From: Octopus sinensis
Lineage: Eukaryota
DNA length: 64,000 bases
NCBI RefSeq assembly: GCF_006345805.1
Contig: NC_043008.1
Coordinates: 60,388,001-60,452,000 of the forward strand
Reading direction: 5' to 3'
The position numbers were made by a program, and so were the translations under genes. This document shows, in pieces, positions 52,074-64,000 of the stretch; the first letter of the stretch is position 1, and every line of letters begins with the position of its first letter. The notes under the pieces are model-generated. The model did no database searches and was not told the origin of the DNA. It saw only the letters and a program-made list of their open reading frames with translations.

Positions 52074-52706
52074 AAACACACAAACTCTCCTCTCTCTCTT
52101 TTTTTTCATATACACACATATATAAGGTCGGGGTTTACCAACATGGTGTCCTTCCACTGATTATTCGACAGGTCTTTTTCTATATGAGGACTTTCGAGAG
52201 TAGAGACAGCAGTTTCCTGGGGAAGCGCCTAGGAATTTCACGGTATCTGAATATCGTCATCCTGTATGGAAAGGACGAGTTGGAACTCCCCATGAGAGTC
52301 CGAGAGAAGAATTTGCGATGACTCACGCTGAGAAGGTGTTACAATACCAATACCCATGTGACTGTATTGCCTTCCAGGCTGGGATTGAGATCACAATGGG
52401 CAGAACTAGTGATCAGTGGCGGCTGCCAAATTCTGTAGAGTTGCAGCTAAAAGACAAAACGCTTGGAGGCGTTGTACCAAGTGGAAGGGTTGGCCTGATT
52501 AATATTACAACACATGACTATGACAAGGTGCAATGAGAGAACAGGGTGTTATATACCCGGAAGAAGAGGTATGCCTTGATTGATGAAGAACGAAACAGTA
52601 AGCGTATTGAGATAAGGCGTCAGGAAACCTGATTAACATGTTAAGATGCCACGTATATTATATATATATATATGTATGTGTGTATGCGTGTGTGTGTGCG
52701 TATATT

Positions 52707-52751
<45 letters not shown>

Positions 52752-52952
52752 CGAACGTGTAATATATAAATAAATATATGTAAATATAAAACCATCCGAA
52801 TTTCTGAGTACCTCATTTCTTCTAATATAAAATACCTGTACATCATCTCCAAACCTTCCAAAATATATATGTATATATATAATCTTTTACTTGTTTCAGT
52901 CATAAGACTGCAGCTATGGTACTGCACCGCCTTGAAGAGTTTTTAATCGGAT

Positions 52953-52988
<36 letters not shown>

Positions 52989-54093
52989 ACATACTTAAAC
53001 ATTTAAAAGTTTTCTATTATTTGGTTCATATAGTGTCTTAACTATTCTTTGAAGGGGATGGTTAAGTTATTTACTGACACAAGTTGTACACCACTGAGAT
53101 CTCCAAAGTGTCTTCCTCCAGCATTTCAAGGTAACTTTCTAGACAGTTTCTAGGGGTTCAATGCCTTTGTATGCATACTGTTTTGGTTAGTTACATTCTG
53201 CATGTTTCAACGATATTTTAAAACAAACCCAGAAAGATTAAATGTATTTGAAAACGTGCTACGTAAGTTGCAGTTTCTGCTACTATAGATTTCTTTATTG
53301 CCCACGTAGGGCTGAACACAGAAGGGACAAAATACAAAGTAGAGCTTTTCTTTTTGGGAGGAAAGGAAAGAAAAAATGGGTCGGATTCCGATCAAAAGGG
53401 ATCGTGAAAATGAAAAAAGTGGGGATGATCAATAGGGATCGTGTATCACAGAAATGTCATTGTAAAAAGGGGAAAAACAGTTTCTGCTTCTATAACAACC
53501 TCAGCAACTGCAGCATCAGCAGAAGTAACCACATCAGCATTAATTATGAAAACAACGATATTTCTACTATCGACAAAAAATCTGGTACTAATTTTATCGA
53601 CTTCGATTGGTTGAACTGTGAAGTCAACATCAGTGGAATTGGATCACAGAACGTAAAAGAGGAGCCAGGAGAAATATAGCTGAGAATTTTGCCTGCTCGC
53701 TGCTCAGATAATAATAATCTTTTCTATTATAAGCACTATAAGCACTGAAGTTAGTCTATTACATTGGTCCCAGTGTGAAAACTGGTACTTATTCCTTTGG
53801 CCTGGAAACGATTAAAAGCAAAGTCGACCTCAATAGAAGTTGAACACAGAATGTAAAGACGAACAAAATGCCATTTAGCATTTTGTCCGGCGTCCAACCA
53901 TTCTGCCGAGCTCACCGCCTTAACCAGAAACACAAATACAACAACAACAACAACAACAACAACAACATCAAAAACAATAATGATATTAAGTTTCATAAAT
54001 AGGCAAGTGTTATCATATGTTGGAGGAAGTACAAGGATGATGTACAAATAAAAATCTGATTTATAAGAAGAAGAAGAACAACAACAAAAAAGC

Positions 54094-54149
<56 letters not shown>

Positions 54150-54159
54150 TAACAATAAA

Positions 54160-54468
54160 CAAGTATGAAAATCAGAAAATAAAGTTAAACTGTAACTTGG
54201 GAAAGAGAACAGAAACTACCTCGATAGTAATAGTTGCCTTGGGAATTTCCTTAAAAAAATATGCAGAAAATTATAATGCATATATCTCCGAAGTGGCAGG
54301 ATATATACATACGCCAGGTATAGAGAAAATAGCACAGGCAACATATCGCACGTATATTCAAAAGCCTAATGTGTGTAGTCCCAAAAGATTAACAAAATAT
54401 TAAACTAAAATAAAGCACTGCGAACGATGAAAATGCACACATTTGTGTTTGCAAAGAAAAAACTATAG

Positions 54469-54470
<2 letters not shown>
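54160..54470 (+). mobile_element. Short, heavily decayed 3' fragment of a second Dong/R4-like element
   Basis: Translation RTETTSIVIVALGISLKKY...IEKIAQAT resembles the RLE C-terminus pattern (IPIIVGALG...IQKIAL). Flanked by (AAT)n on the left and (TAC)n/(TAA)n on the right. Confidence 0.45.
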
Positions 54471-54499
<29 letters not shown>

Positions 54500-54763
54500 A
54501 TAATAATAATAATAACAACAATAATGGCTTCTGATTCAGGCGCTACTTGTACCTTAGAAAACCAGAGATTTTGAGAGGAAGGCTGAGAGAGTGCCACCCA
54601 CTGCTGGATGACAGCATCAACCCCAATGCATGGCGCTGGAAGGGTGAAAGATTATGTCAATCCTGGTAGGATTTGAACTCGGAAAAATTGTACGTAATTT
54701 CGGCCCAAATCTAGCATATTTGAAGAAAGGATTATAGTTGTTACTATCGACTATTTTTACTTT

Positions 54764-54837
54764 ATTTCGTTTACCTCGAAATATTTGCTCCATTTCGTTT
54801 ACCTCGAAATATTTCCTTTATTTAGTTTACCTCGAAA
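54764..54837. repeat. Three-copy 28-bp minisatellite (core ATTT(C/A)GTTTACCTCGAAA)
   Basis: Copies start at 54764, 54792 and 54820. Confidence 0.85.
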
Positions 54838-55359
54838 GAATAAAGCACAAAGCCGATGCCGTCAGTTTTTGAAATCAGATAAGTTATTTTTCAGTAAGGT
54901 ACACACGTTCAACAGTTTTGAGAGCAGAGAACAGTTGAAACCATCATACATAGCTCTTGTCAAACAATTCGCTCAGTTGACAAGTACTTTACACCAGTGG
55001 AGTAATGTCACCAATTTAATCGGCTGAACTCTAATACGAAAATTAGTAGCCTTGTGACTGAATGATTAATTATATTCAGATGATGGATTAACATGTTCGT
55101 TGTAGCGTTAGAAAAAATGATTTGCGTTATTTCTTCCGGTTATTGGCATCAAATCTAACAGAAGTTAACTTTGACTTTCACCCCCCAGGGGGTCGACAGA
55201 GTTTAGTGACTGTCAAATACAGGGGACAGTATATCCGATTAACCGACTTCTCTTGAAATTGCTGGCCTTGTGGATAAATTAGAAAACATTGTTTTGTTGT
55301 TGTTGTTGTTGCCTTGTTCATATTATTAGTAGGTTTACAAAAAATATACTTTTCTACTC

Positions 55360-55785
55360 TAGGAAAAAGGCTCGAAATTTTGGGGCAAGGGGTCAGTCGA
55401 TTAAATCGACCCCAGTACGCAACTGGTATTTAATTTACCGATCCCGGAGGGATGAAAGGCAAAGTCGACATCGGCGGAATTTGAACTCAGAACGAAAAGA
55501 GAAATAAAATACCGCAAAGCATTTCAGCCGGCGTGCCAAAGTTTTTTATTTCTTTACTGTCCACAAGGGGCTACATACAGAGAGGACAAACAAAAAGAGA
55601 GATAAAGGGATTAAGTCGATTACATCGACCCCAGCCCGTAACTGGTACTTAATTTATTGACCCCGAAATGATGAAAAAAGCAAAGTCGACCTCGGCGAAA
55701 TTTGAACTCAGAACGTAACGCCAGACGAAATACAGTTAAGCATTTCGCCTGGCGTGCTAACGTTTCCGCCAGCTCGCAGCCTTGG
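55360..55785 (-). mobile_element. Family D SINE doublet with a different junction (~55545)
   Basis: The tail-1 copy joins the older copy further into its head (after CCAAAGTTT). Confidence 0.8.
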
Positions 55786-55971
55786 TTTACAACAGATATT
55801 GCTCAGACAATGTGACCTGGTTAGCAAGATAAAGTAAAGGTAATGTTAATCTGGTGATACATCGTAGATTATTATCTAGAAAACTGAAGCTTCACTCAGG
55901 TAAATAAGCTTCATCAGTTAAAGATAGGTTAATCCGTTAGTTGATGGCTATCGAGACAAATAACACCCACA

Positions 55972-56037
<66 letters not shown>

Positions 56038-56914
56038 AATATCATTGCGCGTGTGAATGTGTGTTTGTGTGTGAGTATGCACGTAGACATCTTTACCTAC
56101 ATACATACATACATACATTCATATATATATATATATGTATGTATATGTATGTATGTGTGTATATATATATATATATATATGTATACACGTTTATATACAC
56201 ATGTGTGTGTGTGTGCTTACATTTGTTCAACTATATGTGTATATTTGTGCGTGCTAGTAACTAAACTACTCACATACATATACACATACATAATAGCCCT
56301 ACTTAAAGACTAAAATTAGCTCGGATTTAAAATTAATAAAAAAAAAAAAAAAAACTGGCTTATCTCATCTTGTGCTTCTTTCTATCATTCTTCGAATAAG
56401 TTTTATTTCAGTGAATGAACTCGAGCACGCGTATACTGATAACTAGACAGCAAGCACTCACGCGCGCAGAGACACAGGCACACTTAAAAAAAACACACAC
56501 ATAGATACAAAAATCACACATGCACACACACATATATACTCATTTAGCTGTTCGTCTTCTAATCCCGATGATCCAATTGTTATCGTATTTTGTTCTCAAT
56601 AAAACGAAAACAGATTATATTTTCAGGAAGTTGTATATCAATTCAAAAATAATCACTGACAAATTCACATACATACACACACTCATATACAACACATATG
56701 CTTATATAAACAGACTATCGCAGTCACGCACATTTATATAAACATAAATATATAGAGAATGACACCACTTACATTATACACACATACACACGCATATAAA
56801 TATATATCAGATACATTTTTCTGTGTAGTGGAATACTCAACGTTCATTATTTCCGTTCATTTATTTCACATGTGCAAACATCATTATTTTTTTAATGCCC
56901 CCTTTTCAAGCCTA

Positions 56915-57142
56915 GCCAGGCTTATGGGCCATCGCAGCGTTACTCAAGAAACAGGAAGAAAGAGTGAGAGAAAGTTGGGGCAAAAGAGTACAATAGGGGT
57001 CGCCACCACCACCTGCTGGAGCCTCGTGGAGCTTTAGGTGTTCTCGCTCAATAAACACACACAACACCCAGTCTGGGAATCGAAACCGTGATCCTCCGGC
57101 CGCGAGACCGCTGCTCTAACCACTGGGCCATTGCGCCTCCAC
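56915..57142 (-). mobile_element. tRNA-derived SINE (head A, shortened tail iii)
   Basis: Head homologous to the 1761 and 33030 copies; short tail ending ...AAGCCTGGCTAGG. Confidence 0.8.
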
Positions 57143-57245
57143 TTTCAAAACATCATACCCCAGTAAATTAATTATCTCGACACCACTTGAAGTTTTGCTT
57201 TGTAAGATTTAATGTGCCTAGTGTGTGCGTGTGGGGTGTGTATAT

Positions 57246-57288
<43 letters not shown>

Positions 57289-57957
57289 GAGAGGGGGAGA
57301 GAGAGATTTATATGCGTCTTTCGGAGATTGTTTAGGTGGCTTATGTTATTCGGGTATTCGTGTTCTGATATCAAATGCTACATGAACTAAACTACTTTTA
57401 GCCCTCAGAAATCGACGAAATACATAGAGCAAGTTATCGTTGTCACCAATCTTTCCCGTACATTGCCACAAACCAGTATGGCGTCATAATAATGCATAGC
57501 GACTGTAGTATAAATATACATACATCTGTGGAAGAGTATGTTTCCGAGCGCGTATGTTTGTGTGTTAGTGTGTGAGCGTGTGTGCATACGAGTATTTACA
57601 TGAATACAAGTCCAGTACGTCGGATTAGCAGAACTACAGCGGATTTCACCGTTCCTTTTCGTTCTAATTTTAAATTACTCCATGGCTTAATCGGGTGGTA
57701 TGCTTCATCCATCGTGCTTCGCGAGGACGCCCCCTGGTTCCTGGATTCCGTTAGGAGCTTCAATCTATCTATATATATGTGTGTATGTGTCTGTGTGTTT
57801 GCGTGTCTGAGTGTGATTCTTTCTGTTTAGACTCGTACCCATAACGTAGTAGTTCGGTAAACACAACTCGATAAAATATAAATGAAATGTAGTGGTCTAT
57901 GATCGAATAAAACTTCAAAGCAGTCCCAGGATGGACATAGTAGAGTGACTGAAACAA

Positions 57958-58011
<54 letters not shown>

Positions 58012-58242
58012 TATATATATATATATATATACATGTATATAAATTAGAGAAGAACCACCATGTAGAAATTCAACAATGGTATACTTAAATCAAACCATAT
58101 AGAACGAAATTAAAGATACGATAAACATTTACCTAGAACTAAACAAAGTACGAAATAATAAATAAATAGTATATAATAGTATATATATACTATATCATAC
58201 CTACATACAAAATACATATATATATATTATATATTATATATA

Positions 58243-58286
<44 letters not shown>

Positions 58287-58287
58287 C

Positions 58288-58318
<31 letters not shown>

Positions 58319-58926
58319 ATATAATACATTACACACTTACATATACACATATAGATACATGTACATGTGTACATGTGTGCATGTATATATATTTACATAT
58401 ATGCACATGCACGTCTAATGTATATGTGTTAATGCAAGCGATATCGATAGCTTCATGTTTTCTGTTTTGTTTGCTTGTTTTTTTTTTGTTTTTTTCTTAA
58501 ATGTACTACAATTTCTTCATCCGTTCACTTCAGAAATAAACAAATGTTATTTATAAATATGTTTGTTGAACTTAAAGCTAATTCCTTATATTTCTGCTCA
58601 ACGAAATCTACTTCAACACAATAAGATTAAAGCTGATTAAGGATTAGAATATACCATATTAGACTTAAAAACGAAATCAAACAAAACAGGACGAACAACA
58701 TCTATATATATATATCGTAGTCATAATACAGATGAGTGAAACTGTGATTACTGTGGATATAGCAGAAACGGAAAAGGAAAACTGCATTGAACGTAGTCTT
58801 AGCAAAACAACAACATTTGGAGACGACTCTTTCGGAACGTAAATAAATGGAGATTTCCAAAGTTGATTTGTTTACACAGAAATATAGAAATTCTATAATC
58901 TCCCGTAAAATAATATTTCTTATGTA

Positions 58927-58971
<45 letters not shown>

Positions 58972-59415
58972 TATATATGTGTGTGTGAGTGTGGGTGTGG
59001 GTGCAATATATATGTGTGTGTGTATATATGTATATATAGATATACGTATATATATATATTTCTATATATATACATATATATATATATATACTTATATACA
59101 TATACACACATATATATATTTACATATATTTACATATATATACCAGCATACATACACACACACAAAACGCAGAGACATACATACGCACACATAGATACAT
59201 GCACACATAGATACACGCGCACATGCATATACGTCCATATATATATATATATACATATATATACGCACACACTAGAAGCATGTATATGTATGTGCGTGTA
59301 TATATGTATATAGAGTCTATATTATAGACGTTTAAATATACATATGAACATGTACATGTATACAAAAGCGCATATGAGTGCTTATATAACATAAATACAT
59401 ACATACAACATATAC

Positions 59416-59462
<47 letters not shown>

Positions 59463-60164
59463 TGTATGTATGTATGTATGCATACGTACACTCTAACACG
59501 ATTATGCACATATTGATGATAGAGAACAAGAGAATTTCCATCTAGGTAATCTTCCTATTAATGCATTTATTAACTTATTTGTTTATTTATTCATATATTC
59601 ACAGCAGTAACGATAACAAATAAATCTAACATTATCAATATTACGAACCGTCATCAACACCACCATGACTATCACTACGATTACCACGAAGACCACCACG
59701 CCACCGCCACCACTACGGTCAACGTCTCTGCTATCATCGCTATAGAATTAAAAGAGAATCACGAAGAAGAACAACAGGAGAAGCAAAAACAGCAACTACA
59801 ACTATCTCAGTAACAATATCAGTTATTTTCAATAAGACCATCCAAACCCATTAAAATTGTTCTCTGGTATTGTTGACTCAACATATATAATCAGATTTTG
59901 ATTTCTACCGATAAGTAGATTAATGTGAGAAAGAAGTAAAAAAAAAAAAATGCATTATTAGCAGAGCGATGACAAATCATAATTCTCTGTAAAGTATTTG
60001 AAATACATATGTTTATATTCAATGATTTTGGTGGAGAAAGGAAGGAAGGAATTGTGGGATTGCAATGGTGTACTGATGACAATAGTAAAATTGTTATTGC
60101 GTTTATTAATATCTTCGTGTATGATCTAACATAACAATGACATCTCTCTCTCTCTCTCTGTTTG

Positions 60165-60195
<31 letters not shown>

Positions 60196-61355
60196 GTATC
60201 TATCGGTATACATATTGTTCTTAAACGGGGATATTATTGGCAGTGGCTTCGTGGTTTCGTTTAGCTAGGCTATCATAGGACTGTGTATATGTGTGTCTGT
60301 GTATGTGTGTGTGTGTATGTGGTGGCATTGGATCCCGTCTACGGGCATCTTGCGGCGAGAAGGCGTAACACGAAGATGATCTGCCACCGCTCGTGTACGG
60401 TGACATACGACTACAGACGGGGACTGTTTTCGCGGATTCTGATCAGCTCTTGAAACTCCTATGAACCACTAGGCGCCGGATTAACTCCCCCCGGTTGATG
60501 CCGTTACAAGACAAAACAGGAGGTTGCTTTCATAAACTCTGCAATGATGTGTCTGAATAAACGTGTATTAACACAGTGGTATTCCCAAAAAGACAAACAT
60601 CTGGTACTTCCATCACAATCTTACAGAAATTGTTTTGTGCAGAGCTACATTTTATCAGTGAGGGCAAAAGTCAGTTTTAAACATGTAATTTTCTTTTTTT
60701 GCCATCTTGTCGGTGAGATCGAGGATTAGAAGCCATTGTTAAGATTTTAAGTTGCGTATAGCTCATGTTTAGGAAGAGGTACGCTGCGAGAATTTCTTCA
60801 TGTGCAGACTAATTTACGGGGCCTGTAGGTCACAAAGCCGGCATGTAGCCCAAGGAAGATAACTTCTAGAACCTAGGTAACTGATTCAATGTAAGTTTAG
60901 TGTGAGGTTACGAGGTTGCATGGGAAAAGTCCTTGGGTGTGAAAGATTAGATTTAGAGAGGAATATAGATATGCATGATTTATGTAAGAATATGAGTTGT
61001 TAAAGGTAACGACAACCATATCATTAATGAGTGACCTAGTTTGGAATTTGAGGCCTGTGGAAGATATGTAGTTAGAATAGAAGTTATGCAAGTTCACAGA
61101 TCTAGAACAAATTAGTTATTAAAATACTTAGAAGGGTGATTCTCAGTTGGAATAAACGTGGAACCTAGTACGAAATGTTCAGTACTGCTGAAATAATCTT
61201 AGCCAATTAGGCCAATTACAGTTTTCTTAAACTATATAACATGATTGTATGCAAAGTAAGTGCAGACTCGGGAGCAATTTGAAGCTTGATTAATATTGCA
61301 AGCCGTTCCATATACTTTTTTCAGTGGGAAGGAGGAAAAGCAGCGCAGGGATGCA

Positions 61356-61389
<34 letters not shown>

Positions 61390-61565
61390 CTTTCTATCTA
61401 TCTATCTATCTATCTATACAGATATTATATATATATATTATATATATATATACAGTTATTATATATATATATATATCTATATATATATAATCTGTATATA
61501 GATAGATAGATATATATATTATATAATATATAATATATATAATCTGTATATAGATAGATAGATAT

Positions 61566-61605
<40 letters not shown>

Positions 61606-61671
61606 GTATATAGATAGATAGATAGATATATATTATATATATATATATATATATCTGTATATAGATAGGAT

Positions 61672-61761
<90 letters not shown>

Positions 61762-62773
61762 TATTATATATAAGTGTATATGTATGTGTGTTTGTGTGGG
61801 CGTATGTTTCTATATTTGTATATATATAGGCATGTATATAGAATTGTGTGTATTAAATAAATACGATAAAATTACTAATGCTTCTTCTTAAAGAAACACG
61901 GGTGATATTTAATACGACTTTTACCAAGTATCCAGACCCCTTACGCAGTAACATTCAATTTCATGTGTTTCCTGTTTGCATAAAATATTAAGGTCAATTT
62001 CACGTATTCGTAAGGGTTTGATGTCGTCCATGACCGAGATTAGACATTACACTCAAAATATATTTATATAAACTACTGCATGTGGAGGAGTAACGATTAA
62101 CATTGTTGGGCTATCCTATTTGTCAATCCTTACATAAGTATTTATGTATGATTTCAAGAATCTGGAAAGTCAATCTCTCCGTTCATTAATTTAATCATGC
62201 TAGTTAACCTTTTTAATTTACCCCTTTGTGATGTTTAAATTTACTCTTAACCATCATTAATTAATTGTTTTAATTCATTCGACGTATCTTTGATATTCCT
62301 TTAGATGTGCTAAATTTATGACGTGAACTATCTTCGAATCTTCATCCAGAGCTGTTGGAATTGTTCGACGTTTATTTATTTATTTATTTATTATTTTTTG
62401 TAAAATGCTTTTTATATCAATCGCTTTTTCATGCATCACAAAGACTAAGATAGGAATTTTTTAATACTTGTTTGCACATACATACATAATTGAATTCTAT
62501 ACATAAAGCACTCAAATATTACACACTCACAGAAACACACACACATGTATACATGTGTACCTATGTTTTTTAAATATATATATATATAATACATGTATGT
62601 ATATATGCATGCATATAAAAAACATACATGCATACAGACATAAAGATATACATGCATATACACATATGTACATACATACATGCATATATATATCTATATA
62701 TATACATGGCTACAAGAGTGTGCTTGTATATAAATAGTTCTATATAGGTATATGCATATGTATGTGTATATAA

Positions 62774-62818
<45 letters not shown>

Positions 62819-62915
62819 GATGTATGTGTGCAGAAACATACGTACCTACATTTAAAAGAACGCATACACACGAGCGCACACACACATACATAAACACACA
62901 GACAGACGACACACA

Positions 62916-62977
<62 letters not shown>

Positions 62978-63307
62978 TATATAGCATGTATACATATATG
63001 CATGTATGTATATATATATGAAATATATATACATACATACATGCATGCATATATCCATTATTTACATCAAACTCCGTGTATGTCTTTTATTAACATTCCA
63101 AAAACACATACATCCATTCCTCTGACCTCATCCCCTTTGAAATGGTTCTGGCATTAATCTTTCCCAACTTAATGTCGAGAAATTTCAAATAGAAATCTCA
63201 CACCCACCTACACCCTTCGCTTCACATCCTCCCTCCCACTAATGCGCACTCACATTTCCATCTATACATATACAAGCATATACATACACACACAAGTAAA
63301 TAAGTAT

Positions 63308-63341
<34 letters not shown>

Positions 63342-63402
63342 GAATATATGCACGTGCCTATATGTATGTGTATACGTGTCTGTATATATGTGTGTATGTA
63401 CA

Positions 63403-63515
<113 letters not shown>

Positions 63516-64000
63516 TGTGTGTGTGTGTGTGTGTGCATGCGTGTATGTATGTATATAATTATGTATACTCGCATCTAAGAGTATACAAGCACATATACTG
63601 TCTGAAGAATGTGTACTTCAATAGTGGTTGCCTTGTACGATTTTGTTGATGATAGTGATGATGATAATGATGCTAATGACTCAGCCGTCTCCGACACCGC
63701 CGATAGTGGTACGTTCATGAGGAGTGGGAGTGGTATGCGGGCGTTGTAGTAGATAAGATGACTTTTAGTAGGGTGAGAAGGTGGAGGAAGCAATGTGTGT
63801 AGGTATGATGATATAATGCATGCCGTCTATATCTTTATCATCTGAATATCATCAGGTTCATCGTTGTTCTGTATTTAATAAAGATCACGACGCTGGTAAT
63901 GATGAGGGTAACAAGGATGGTGATGACAATCTTGATGACCATATTTACGTTTCCTCTCATCATCATCATCATCATAAATATATCATCGGGCAAAATGCTT

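Noticed and set aside
52575-52610. TTGATGA-AGAAC-GAAAC-AGTA resembling a hammerhead core
   Set aside because: No stem II can form and C3 is missing.
54764-54837. 28-bp periodic repeat considered as CRISPR-like
   Set aside because: Only three copies, no unique spacers of regular length, eukaryotic context and no cas genes; it is a minisatellite.
60320-60515. GC-rich patch ending GGTTGATGCCGTTACAAGACAA, like the RTE 3' end and superficially like a twister ribozyme start
   Set aside because: It may be an old RTE remnant, but there is no clear ORF or TSD, and the twister pseudoknot partners are absent.
60900-61170. Weak CR1-like 3' peptides (TRLHGK, RVILSWNK)
   Set aside because: Fragmentary and in different frames; not enough to call.

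Overview
This is AT-rich, microsatellite-saturated eukaryotic genomic DNA. The SINE families and the (TA)n/(AAT)n density point to an octopus (coleoid cephalopod); that is inferred from pattern recognition, not from a search. I can identify no complete protein-coding gene, and nearly all ORF-track entries are microsatellite translation artefacts. Mobile-element debris dominates: at least four tRNA-headed SINE modules (many nested, several with clear TSDs), a 5'-truncated Dong/R4-type LINE inserted in (AAT)n, an RTE LINE 3' end with a perfect 15-bp TSD, a long-TIR mariner, a decayed maT/DD37D-like transposon and a Tc2-like MITE. A few isolated + strand exon candidates of an unidentified gene are present, the best at 37836-37963. 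The most striking feature is 34744-37032, a non-coding array of about 3.8 copies of a highly structured ~597-nt unit inserted in a (TA)n tract with a 5' inversion. Each unit carries a type I hammerhead ribozyme (canonical in the last copy), giving a retrozyme/Penelope-like multimer that could release ~597-nt, possibly circular, RNAs. At least four other short repeat families in the window carry intact or decayed hammerhead-like motifs.
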